64,000 nucleotides of DNA, from contig JBODTK010000101.1 of NCBI GenBank assembly GCA_050613775.1, positions 1 to 64,000 of the forward strand, read 5' to 3'. Positions within the stretch are counted from its first letter, which is position 1, and the number at the start of each line of letters is the position of its first letter. The position numbers and the translations under genes are program-made. The notes under the pieces were generated by a model, which was not told where the DNA came from, ran no database searches, and saw only the letters and a program-made list of their open reading frames with translations. Positions 37,900 to 50,930 of this stretch are shown one piece after another. Source of the DNA: Neocallimastix sp. 'constans' (Eukaryota).

Positions 37900-40800
37900 A
37901 TAAATACTAAATACTAAAAAAATTAATAAATAATAAATAATTGAATAATAAATAATTAAATAATAAATAATTGAATAATAAATAATAAATAATAAATAAT
38001 AAATAATAAATAATAAATAAATATAAATAATAAATAATAAATAAATACTAAAAAATTAATAAATAATATATTATAAATAAATATAAATAATAAATAATAA
38101 ATAATAAATAATAAAAAATTAATAATATATTATAAATAAATAATAAATAATAAATAATATATTATCAAGTTTTATAAAGTATAATTATTATTTATTTTTT
38201 TTATAATAAATAATAAACAATTTATATAATATTATTTACTATTGCAATTTATTATTTTAATATTAATTATATATAATTATATATTATTAATATTACTTTG
38301 TTGAAATTATGATCCATTTTAAATACAATATATTAGTATGATTAAGTTGAAATTATGATCTATTTTAAATACTTTATATTAGTATGATTAAAACGAAATA
38401 TTAAAAACGACAAAAGCAACAGTACTAAAAATTTCTTTAAATGTATACTTTAGTAAATATAATAATAATACATTTATTATATCAAAGGTTATATATATAT
38501 AAACTATATTTCTTTAAATTTCTTTAAATTATACTAAATTCTAAAGATTAATTTAATATTTAAAAATAAAATTTAAAAAAAAAAAAACAATTAAAAATTT
38601 AAGAAGATTTTTAAAAGATAAAAAATTATAATATATATATTTCACAATTTTATATTATATACTATATATATAAATATAAATATATATCCTTTACTGTTTT
38701 AGGTTTTATATTTTTGTTGAATAAAAAATGGCTTAAGATATTATTTAGCGATGAACTATAACTTATATTTAAAAATATAAATATATATTTATATTTGTAC
38801 ATATTATAATACATTTATATATTTAAAGAAAAAAAAAAAAAAAGATTTCTTTAATTCCCTGAAATTTTGAATAGAGTAATTAAATTTTACAACTCAAATC
38901 ATATGATAATTAATATTAATCAATATAAATTATAAAATTCATAATAAAGATTATATTAACTTTTTTTTTTATTGTCAAAGATTTTTTTATTAATATATAT
39001 AATATAATCAAAGATTTTTTTATTAATATATATAATATAATCAAAGATTTTTTTTATTAATATATATAATATAATCAAAGATTTTTTTATTAATATATAT
39101 ATATAATATAATTATAACGAAAATTAAGTTTTTCATGTTTTAATATTTTAAAATATATATAATTATCTGTTATTTAATATTCGTAATTAAATAATCTCAA
39201 TATTATTTAATCTTGTTAAATAAATATTTAAAAATTTATATTTTCCTTTATAATTATTTTTAAAATGAATATAAAGTATTAATTTTAACTGTAAAAGTTG
39301 AATTTAAATATAAACTATAATATTTTATAATATTAATAGAAACTATTTAATAATGTATATATTTTCTATTAATATTATAAAATATTATTGAAATACATTT
39401 CTATTATATATAAATATATTATTTATATTTTATTATTAATATAAATCTATTAAATTTTTTTTTCTTTTGAGGATGAATTTTCTTTTTAATTTTTTTTTTT
39501 TTTTTATTCAAATAATATTTAAATTATCATATATTTGATATATATTAATAATAATATATATATATATATTATGAATCAAAAATTAAAAATACTTTTATAT
39601 AAATTATATATTATTCATTAATACTTCTAATATAAAAAATTTTATATAAATATTCATTTTTTATTGATTATTTTTAACAATAGTATTAATTATTATTTTT
39701 AACTTTATTTTATATTTATGATTTAATCCAAAGAGTTTTCTGTTTACTACTTTTTTATTTAATTATTATTAATTAAATAAACTAATATATCTTACAATTA
39801 AATTAAAGTCAAATATATAATTTTCACATAAACAAAACAAAAAATTTAAAAATACTTTTTTTAGTTTTTGAATTATATAATTATATATAAATAAATATAT
39901 TCAATATGTGTTTAATTATATTAAATATATAACTCTAATTACTACTATTGGATAAATAATAAAATTATCTTTTAGTCCTTCCTTTAATATTAAGGTATGA
40001 ATAAAAAGATTAACATAGAAATATAATTTTTATTATATAATATATATAATATATATAGTTCATAATTTATTATATATTTAATAACTAAATATTGAATACA
40101 GAATAAAATTTTTTTAATTTGTAAGATAAAAAATATAATGTATATAAAAATTTATATTGTTTTTTTTTATCTGGTATTAAAAAAATTTTTTTTTTGTTAA
40201 AAATATATATATTTATTTAACTAAATTATTTTAATTATTGTATATATATATACATTTATATAAAGATAATAAATTAAATATTTATAAATAATTTAAGAAA
40301 AAAAACTTATAATCATTAATGTTAAAATTATTGATAAATCCGAAATTTTATTATAAAATGAAAATTTATTAATCCGAAGTTTCATTAAAAACATAAAATT
40401 TTATTAATAATAACTATAACTTCTTTATAATATAAATATGGTTCAATTTTTTTTTTTTTTTTTTGAAATATCAAAATAAATAAACATAAATATATGAAGC
40501 TTTATTACGCTATTAAAATTGTTTATAATATACAAAACTTTAAATAAATTAACATATGGAGTTTTCATTTATAAAATTACCTTTTCATTTTTATTTTTGT
40601 GTGTAATATTTATAACTTTTATAATTTTTAATTAAATATATATTTAGTCCTTAATAATTAATATTATTAAATTTAAAGAAATCATATATATATATGTTTG
40701 TTATTTATTTATTTATATATATATATTTATATAAATTCTTAAAGATTTACATATTTTCTTAATATTTTAGATTGGATTATTTATTATAATAAAATATTAA

Positions 40801-41253
40801 ATTTTTAATAAATTGATTTATTATAAATTTATTATTAAATAATATTAAATTTTAATTATTAAGCAGATACACTTCTTCTGGTAATAATAATAATAATAAT
40901 TATAATAATAATATTGGTAATGGTTAATATTTTTTAATTTTTAAAATTATAAATTTATATAAATCATATATAAATCATTATAATAAAAAAAAATTTTTAT
41001 ATTAATATATTAATAAAAATTGTTAGTAAAAATTATATTAAATATTTATTATTGATAATTATAAATAAAATTAATATATATAAATATAATAAAAATATAT
41101 TTATAATATATTTTTATTATAGAAACTGATAATTTTTAGATAATATATAATTGTATATATATAAATATATTATTAAAACATATTATTTAATATTATTTGT
41201 AATATATTTATAACCATAAAAATTTATAAAAATTTAGGTACTCTTCAAAATTA

Positions 41254-41292
<39 letters not shown>

Positions 41293-41934
41293 GTATATTG
41301 TATATATCTAATAAATATATAAATATATATTATATAAATAATGAACATAAATAAACATAAATATATATTCATATATATACACATATATATTGGTAATTAT
41401 ATATTGAAAGTATAGTTGAATAGGATTTTTTTTTTTTTTTTTTAATTTTATTATTATTTGAATTAAAGTTGAAAAAAGAAGACTCTTTTGTAAATGAAAT
41501 TATATTTATTACAACAATAATATTAATGATTTAATTTTATTAAAAATATAAAATTATTATAAACATTAAATAATTCTAAATATCATAACAATATAATTAT
41601 ATATTCTTTTTAAATATTAAAATAATTATAATTTTATTTTTCATAAAATAATGATATTGATCAATTATTACATAATAAACAATAGTTTATTTATATAACT
41701 ACTTTTCAATAGTAAATTTTTTGTTTTAAAATTTTATAACTACTGTTTTATAAAAGATGATTTATTTTTTAAAATAACAGTTTTACACATGTACATAAGG
41801 CCAAATTAGAGTTAGAGACAATACGTAAATCATACTTACCATGTCGAACTTCCAACTTTAATTTATAGGATCCTTGGTAAAGAGAAAAATGAACCTATAA
41901 ATAAAAAGATATTCGCAGGATAAATCTAGAAGTC

Positions 41935-41966
<32 letters not shown>

Positions 41967-43701
41967 CTAAATGATGATACATGATTATTATGATTTTTAT
42001 ATATTAAAAATTGCTGCAAATAATATACTACTTTAAATTTTGCTTTATTGATTCTAATAATTAATTAAATAGTTTATATATTGACATTCAATTTATTTTA
42101 TTCATTATATACTTCACATATTTTAATACTTTTCATTGATGAAAAATAATTTAACATATTTCTTTTTGCATTCTTACTTTGAAATGAAGATGATTATATA
42201 GTTTATTATTGCTGATTTTTTATTTATATGGTATTATTTTAATTTTATTACGAAAGATAAAATCATTATAGAAAAAAATTATTGTTTTTTAACATTTAAA
42301 TTATAAACATAATAATATATAATCATAATATTAAACATATATCTTATAATTTAAATTGTTTAATTTTTAAATGAATCATAATGTTGTACTAGTATTGATA
42401 TTATAGATAATTAAATAATAAATAATAAATAATAAATAAATAAATAATAAATAAATAATAAATAATAAATAAATAAATAAATAATAAATAATAAATAATA
42501 TATTATCAAGTTTTATAAAATATAATTATTATTAATTATTTGTTTATAATAAACAAAAAACAATTTATATAATATTATTATTTACTACTTGTAATAAAGA
42601 GTATATTTTTTAATAATTTAGTATTTTATTATATATAATATTAATTAGATATAATTAGATATTATTAATATAACTTTGTTGAAATTATGATCCATTTTAA
42701 ATACTTTTTATTATTATGATTAAGTTGAAATATTAAGAACAATTACAACAACAATAATAACAAAAATTTCTTAAAATGTATACTTTAGTAAATATATAAT
42801 AATAGTACATTTAGTATAAAAACAAGTTATATATATAAACTTATTCCATTAAATGTCTTATAATCATACTATATTATAATAAATATATAATAATATATTT
42901 GGTATAAAAAAAGCTTTATATATTTATAAACTATATTTCTTTAAATGTTTTAAAATCATACTAAATTCTAAAGATTAATTTAATATTTAAAAATAAATTT
43001 CGAACAAAAAAAAAATTAAGATATTAAAATAAAATTTACAAAGGTTTATAACAAATAAAAAATTATAGTATTGATAAATTTCAAGTTTTATATTATATAC
43101 TATATACATTAATATAAATATTTATTCTTTACTGCTTTATACAATTTATTTTTATTTAATAAAAATATACCATATAATTTTTTAGAGATAAGCTATGACT
43201 AATATATATTATTTCTTCTTTTTTTTTTTAAAAAAAAAAAAATAATCCAAATTTCATTAAAAAATAAAAATTTATTAATTAATAATAAATAAAACTTTTT
43301 TAAAATATAATTAATTATTTTAACTTTTTTTTTGAAATATCAAAATAAATATAAATATATATTTATCCTTAATAATAGAGTATTAAAAATTTTATTATTA
43401 AATAATATTAAATTTTAATTATTAAGCAAATACACTTCTTCTGGTAATAATAAAAATAATTATAATAATAATATTGGTAATGGTTAATATTTTTTAATTT
43501 TTAAAATTATTGATAAAATTAATATATATAAATATAATAAAAATATATTTATAATATATTTTTATTATAGAAACTGATAATTTTTAGATAATATATAATT
43601 GTATATATATAAATATATTATTAAAACATATTATTTAATATTATTTGTAATATATTTATAACCATAAAAATTTATAAAAATTTAGGTACTCTTCAAAATT
43701 A

Positions 43702-43739
<38 letters not shown>

Positions 43740-44220
43740 GTATATTGTATATATCTAATAAATATATATATATATATTATATAAATAATGAACATAAATA
43801 AACATAAATATATATTCATATATATACACATATATATTGGTAATTATATATTGAAAGTATAGTTGAATAGGATTTTTTTTTTTTTTTTAAATTTTATTAT
43901 TATTTGAATTAAAGTTGAAAAAAGAAGACTCTTTTGTAAATGAAATTATATTTATTACAACAATAATATTAATGATTTAATTTTATTAAAATTATAAAAT
44001 TATTATAAAAATTAAATAATTCTAAATATCAAAACAATATAATTATATATTCTTTTTAAATATTAAAATAATTATAATTTTATTTTTCATAAAATAATGA
44101 TATTGATCAATTATTATATAATAAACAATAGTTTTTTTTATATAACTACTTTTCAATAGTAAATTTTTTGTTTTAAAATTTTATAATTACTGTTTTATAA
44201 AAGATGTTTTATTCTTTTTA
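37900..44220. repeat. Non-coding segmental tandem duplication: ~40830-41770 vs ~43385-44220 (near-identical) and ~37900-38760 vs ~42410-43200 (diverged)
   Basis: Shared strings TACACTTCTTCTGGTAAT, TTAGGTACTCTTC, GAAGACTCTTTTG, GTTGAAATTATGATCCATTTT, ATACTAAATTCTAAAGATT. Confidence 0.85.
41797..41935 (-). mobile_element. Diverged fragment of the SINE-like family, copy 3
   Basis: ATACTTACCATG..CGAAC..CCAACTT..ATTTATA matches 17252-17290. Confidence 0.5.
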
Positions 44221-44570
44221 ATAACAATTATTACTACAATTATTTAGTTATATATACATGAATGCATAAATATATTATATGATACAATAAAATAAAATAA
44301 AACAAATAAGCAAATTAAATAGTGAAGCAGTATAAAAAATTAAAGTATTAATAAAAATATAATAAAATGAATAGTGTAAGTAAAATAAAAAATTAAATTA
44401 TTAATATAAATAAATGCATAATAATATTATATAATACAGTATAATGAAATAAAATAAAACAAATTAAATAGTGTAGTAGTATTAAAGTATTAACAAAAAT
44501 ATATAGAATGAGTGGCGAAGTAGTATGAAAGATTAAATTATATAATGTAATAGTATTAATAAAAATGTAA

Positions 44571-44700
44571 AAAATAAGAGGTGAAGTGGTATAAAAATAT
44601 AATAAAATAAGAGGTGAAGTAGTATAAAAATATAATAAAATAAGAGGTGAAGTAGTATAAAAATATAATAAAATAAGAGGTGAAGTAGTATAAAAAATTA
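44571..44700. repeat. 33-bp tandem repeat, 4 copies
   Basis: GAGGTGAAG at 44578, 44611, 44644 and 44677. Confidence 0.9.
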
Positions 44701-45094
44701 AAGTATTAATAAAAATAAAATAAATTTAAATAAATAGTGAAGTGGAATTAAAGAGTAAAGTATTAATAAAAATAAAATAAAATAATACAATAAATAGTTT
44801 AAATATAAAAATAAATAACAGATTAAATAAAATAAAATAAGTAGTTGAAATATAAAATACAGATTGAATAAACAAAATGAAAATATGATTATTTATTTAA
44901 ATTTAACTTTACATATCAATAGAACAAAAAGAGGGAATTAAAAATAGTTTATATTATAATAGAAGTAATATTATTTTATTGTTTGTTAATTTTGCTTTAT
45001 TGACTTTGAAAAAAAAAGAAAAGAATAAAAAATTATATAAAAATAATAATAGTGTAAGTGAAAATGCATGATTATAATAATTTGTAGATTTAAA

Positions 45095-45161
<67 letters not shown>

Positions 45162-45732
45162 TTGCTTGTTTGTTTTTAATTTATTGAAAAAGATAAAATT
45201 GCTTCATATAAAAAAAAAAAAATTCAAAATATAATTTATATTATTTTTTATTTTTTAAACAATATATATATATATTTCATAATATTTTTCACACTTGTAT
45301 ATATATTTTAATATTTTTATTTTAATCATTTTATTTGTATATATTTAATCAATGTTTAAAAAAATATATGAATAAATGATTTGTTTTATCAGTTAATTAA
45401 ATATATATTTTATGCAAATATTATTTGTAAAAAAGTTTAATGATTTATAAATGTATATAATTTCTTTAGTCATTATTTTTTTATAATTTGGAATTTTTAT
45501 TATTATTATCATAGATGATTTAAAAAATTCAATAAAATATTTAAAATTTTATTCAATTTAAAATATACATAAAACAATTTAAAATAATGAATTATTTCAT
45601 AACTTTTTAAATGAAGCTTAATATTTATATATTAAATAATAAATAATAGATAACTAATATATATTATTATTTTTGAATTGTCAATTGGAGAAGTAATAAC
45701 TTTAAAATTAGTTAAACAAATGGTTTTTTTTT

Positions 45733-45774
<42 letters not shown>

Positions 45775-46714
45775 TAGAGAAAACTTTATTTAATTTATAA
45801 TAATTAAATTAAACAAATGGTAAAATTTATTATATTATATGTATATGAATATTTAATATAGAGGTCTATATTTTTCTACTTATTACAAATATATATTCTT
45901 AAATAAATAATAAAAATTTTGAGAAAATTATCCAAATTTCATATATATATATGAATTTTAATTTTTCTTTACACCTCAGTTATATTTATTTATAATATTC
46001 ATATAAAAATATACCAAATACTTATAATACTACGACTTACATACTAAATATAAGTTTATAGAAAACTTCATATTAATATTATTTCTATTCTAAATTAATT
46101 ATATTGTATAAATAATTGTACTATATTTATTAAATTCATTTATATTAAATAATAATTATATTTGATTAAATATTTAATCAAAGTATAAAACCATGATTAA
46201 AAAATAAATTTTATTATACATTTTTCCAGTCTAAAATGATATAAAAAATGTTTTTTTTTTTTTTCTTTTTTTTTTTTTTTGATAAATAATTAATAGCATA
46301 ATAATATTAGCATTGATGCTTATAATAATGAATATATATATTAAACTACTAAATATTATTTTTATTAATAAATAATTAATAATAAATAATAATAAAAAAA
46401 AAATAATAAATAATAAATAATAAATAATAATAATAAAATATAATAATAGAATATAATTTATAATAGATTATTTTTAATTTTGTCATTTAATTCATAAATA
46501 CCATGAAAAAATAAATACTTGCAACATAAATTTGAATAATAATTAAAAAGTAGTAAGAAATATATAATAAATAATATATAAATATAAAAAAAAAGAAAAA
46601 AAAAAAAAAAAATTTCTTTTTTTTTTTTTTTTTTATTCTTTATAAATATTATTCTACTACTACTCCCCCCATTTTTTAAATAAAAATATATAAAAATCAA
46701 ATTAAAATTTTATC

Positions 46715-46786
46715 TGGAGATATCGGGGATCGAACCCGAGGCTTCTTGCATGCAAAGCAAGCACTCTACCACTGAGTTATATCCCC
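46715..46786 (-). tRNA. tRNA-Ala(TGC)
   Basis: GGGGATATAACTCAGTGGTAGAGTGCTTGCTTTGCATGCAAGAAGCCTCGGGTTCGATCCCCGATATCTCCA forms a cloverleaf with G3:U70 and A/B boxes. Confidence 0.97.
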
Positions 46787-47331
46787 AGATGTTGCAAAAA
46801 TTGATAAAGAATAGAATAATAATGATATTTTTAATTAAATTTTTAATAATTTATTATATAAAAATATATTATTATATTCTTTACTATTAATAATTTTCTT
46901 ATATTCTATATTAATAATTTTTATATTAATTATATTTTATTATTTTAAATATTAAATTTATGTAATTAATTAATTTATATGATTGGTTTTAATAATGTAA
47001 TTAAATAATATAAAATATGTATTATCCATATTATTTTATGAAGGGGGCCTTTCTGAGGAAAGAGATAGTAAAAATAGTAGTAATAATGAAATAGTAATAA
47101 TAATTGAAAGGTTTCCCATATTGTTATAATAATAAATATTAATATTAATAAAGTTATTTTTAACAATAAAATAATTATATAATTTATAAATAATAAATAT
47201 TTTTAATAATAATTCTTTAAATAAAATTTATAATGTGTAATAATAAATTCTTTTAGTGTAATTTAATAGTTATTTAATTTATCTATTTATTTAATGTTCA
47301 CACTCCTTTTCTAATATGAACCTCAACAAAA

Positions 47332-48434
47332 TGATAAATAACAAAATTATTAAATTAAAATAAATAATAAAAAAACAAATTCTGTCTAACTTAACCCAAA
47401 AATTAATCCATTCTAAACAAAAAATTAAATCCATATTTAAGAAAAATTAATTAAATAAAAATAATTAAAATAAAATAATAATAATTTAATTAATCATTAA
47501 TAATTTTAATTAAAAACTAAAATAAATTAATAAATAATATTTTTCTAAAACAACAAATAAACAAAATAATAAACAAATTTAATAAATTATAAATAACAAA
47601 TAAACAAACTTATAAACATCTCAAAATTAAAATTAACTAGTTAAATAATTTTTTAAGTTACTTTTATTTAAAATAATGATTATTTTATTTATTTTATAAC
47701 TCAACTTTTATAAACAAATTGTAATTAAAATAACATTTTAAAACTCATCTTTATCAACATTTTAATTGTAAATATTGTTTAATTTAATAATAAATTATTC
47801 TTTATTTCTCTTTTATTAATTTTATTATTTTTAATGTAAATAGTTTAAAATCAAAGAAAAATATAAAAACATGTAAATATTTCTTATAAATTATTCTTTA
47901 TTATTAATTATTTAATAAATTATTATAAATATTTTATTAGTTTTAATAATCAAAAGTATGATTATTAATTATTTAATAAATTATTATAAATATTTTATTA
48001 GTTTTAATAATCAATTTTTTATGATTATTAATTATTTAATAAATTATTATAGATATTTTATTAGTTTTTAATAATCAATTTTTTTTATGATTATTAATTA
48101 TTTTGATAAATTATTATATATTTTATTAGTTATTAATAATCAATTTTATTATTAAAATTTAAAATAAATTAGTATAAATAATAAATATTTCATTTTATTA
48201 TTTTATTAGTTTTTAACAATTATTTTATTAATTTAAACAAAATTAATTATTAAATAAATAAAGATTAATATTAAAATAAAAATAAATTTTTTTTAATAAA
48301 ACATTTTTGTGTTTAATAATAAAACATATTTATTTTTTTTAAATTCCTTAAATCAATTTTTATTCAGTATTTATCCTTTTATTCACTTCTGCAAAATTTA
48401 ATTTTTGTAGATTAAGAATATTAGGTATAAATCA
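47332..48434 (+). repeat. 5' LTR
   Basis: TGATAAATAAC...GGTATAAATCA; same length as 52424-53526, no difference seen by eye. Confidence 0.95.
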
Positions 48435-48435
48435 A

Positions 48436-48446
48436 TGGTGGAGAAT
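48436..48446 (+). promoter_or_regulatory. Primer-binding site, tRNA-Ala type
   Basis: TGGTGGAGA, 1 nt after the LTR, is complementary to ...UCUCCA-CCA, the mature 3' end of the tRNA-Ala in this window. Confidence 0.85.
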
Positions 48447-48734
48447 CCTCTTGTTGCCCCGGTGGTAAGTAAAATTTTTTTAGTTTAATATTAGAATAAG
48501 CCTAGTTATTCAATGGTAATATTAAACAATAATTAATACAATAAATTAGTCTAGTTTTAGAATAACTCTAAATTATTCATAGTAATAGACTCAAATAGAT
48601 TTATCTAAATAATATGCAAATAAAATATTATAGCAATAAATTATTATAAATTAAAGTTATTAATATAAATTAATCAACAAATAATATACGTTAAATAAAC
48701 TGCAAATTAAATTAAATTTATCTTTAATAATTAA

Positions 48735-48771
<37 letters not shown>

Positions 48772-48880
48772 TTTTAAAGATAATTAAATAGTATTCATAT
48801 TATTCAATTTAATTAAATAATAAAGTATATATTATAAGTAATAAATAATAATAATAATAAAATTTATTAGTAAAATTTTA

Positions 48881-48923
<43 letters not shown>

Positions 48924-48953
48924 ATTAGAAAAATTTTAATATAAAAAAATTTT

Positions 48954-48991
<38 letters not shown>

Positions 48992-49449
48992 AAAATAAAA
49001 ATAAAAATAAAATATAACGGAAGAACTTTAAGAAGTTCTATTATAAAATTATTATTTATTTTTCAAAAAAGAATATTGTTGCTTTAGAAGCAATAATATA
49101 AGTAAAATAATAAGTGGTTTCCGTGATTAGTTTATTCTTTCACAGTCGGCGCGCTGGGAAGCTCTGAACTATTCTACAAACGTATAAACGTGTAGGAGAA
49201 TCACTGGTACGAGTAGTACATGACGCCTGAGCAAGTGGGCAAGCTGGCTACGAGTATACTACCTACTTATTACTTATATTATTGGAAAATCGTAATTAAT
49301 ATTCTTTTGAGAATTATTAATAATAAATATTTATAATTTAACTTTTTATTCTTCTTTAAATATTCAAATAATAAAAATTTATAAATACCATTATACTACT
49401 TAACCTTTTATTTTTTTTAATATTTTCTAGGATATTATTGTATAAAATA

Positions 49450-49527
<78 letters not shown>

Positions 49528-49939
49528 AATAAATAAATATATAATAAAAAAAAATAATAAAATTAGAAAACAATAAAATTTAAATTAAGGAAAACAAATA
49601 AAGAAAAGAAGTATTTTTTTTAGTTGGAGGAACTGCTTCTGTTCTCTTGATTGATTGATACTTATAGTAGGAATCTCTTACCCTTAATACTAGTGTATTA
49701 TTGCAGTAAGAGCTAACGGACTGTAGAATAAGAATCAATACGGGGGAGTAGGCGCTGATTATAAGTAGAGATCTACGTTAGGTGTAGACGTAGTGTAAAA
49801 CTCCTATAATCAGTGGGACCAAACGTCGTATTATTCTACAACCGTACTATAAGGACGGGAAATCATTCAAGATAAACTAAAGATAATAAGAATTAATAAT
49901 TTTAGAAATATTACTACTGCTACTAATAATAATAATTAA

Positions 49940-49997
<58 letters not shown>

Positions 49998-50001
<4 letters not shown>

Positions 50002-50930
50002 AAACAACTACCAAAGCTATTACTTTTAGTAGATTACCAATATTAGGTGAAGAAAAAGTCCAATATGAAGAATGGAAATTCGCCTTTGAAAATTGGTGTC
50101 GAAAATATAAAATTGAAAACGAAGAAAAGAATGAATATTTAATTGCTGTAACTACAGATAAAGCAAGAACTATTGTTATAAATTCTTTAAATAAAGCACA
50201 AGCTGACTCTTATGAAATAATCTTAGAAAACTTAAAGAAAAGATTTAAACCTTGTACGCCAAAGAATGTAAAATTTTTGGAAATATCAACATTAACCATT
50301 AAGAAAGGTGAAAAAGTTTCCGACTTCGATACAAAATTCTTACAACTCTTAAATCAATTACAATTAGATGGAAAGGATTATATTAGTACTTCATACTACA
50401 TAAATGCATTTAGAAACTGGTCTAAAATGTATGAGTATTTGTTAGAATCAGAACCTACTAAATTAAGTGATGCAATGGAAATAACTTCAAAAAAGGAAAA
50501 AATGCTTAAACTTCTTGAAGACAATAAACCAAAATCTAAAACTCAATTCTCAAATGTAAAGAAGAATCTAAATAACACTAATAATAACAATAATAAAAAT
50601 ACTAATTTTAGATCTTTTAATACTAATTATTACAATAAAATTCCTTTTATCTCTAATACTAGGACTAATGAAAATTCCAGTTATAATAATAAATTTAGAA
50701 ACAATAACTATAACAACAATTTTACTACAAATAGAAATTTTTACAACCCTGTAGAATTCAACAAAGGAGTCGAACAGAGAAGAGCAACTTTAAAAGGTTC
50801 TCAATTCACTGATAAAGAACTAGATGATATAACAAAAAAATTATCCGATTTAAAAATCAACCTATGCATAAATTGTCAGCGTATTGGTCACATTGTTGAA
50901 GAATGTCCAGAATTAAACCATTTAAATTAG
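49998..50930 (+). CDS. gag: Retrotransposon Gag with CCHC zinc knuckle
   Basis: Capsid-like region (IKKGEKVSDFDTKF) and CINCQRIGHIVEEC. Confidence 0.9.
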
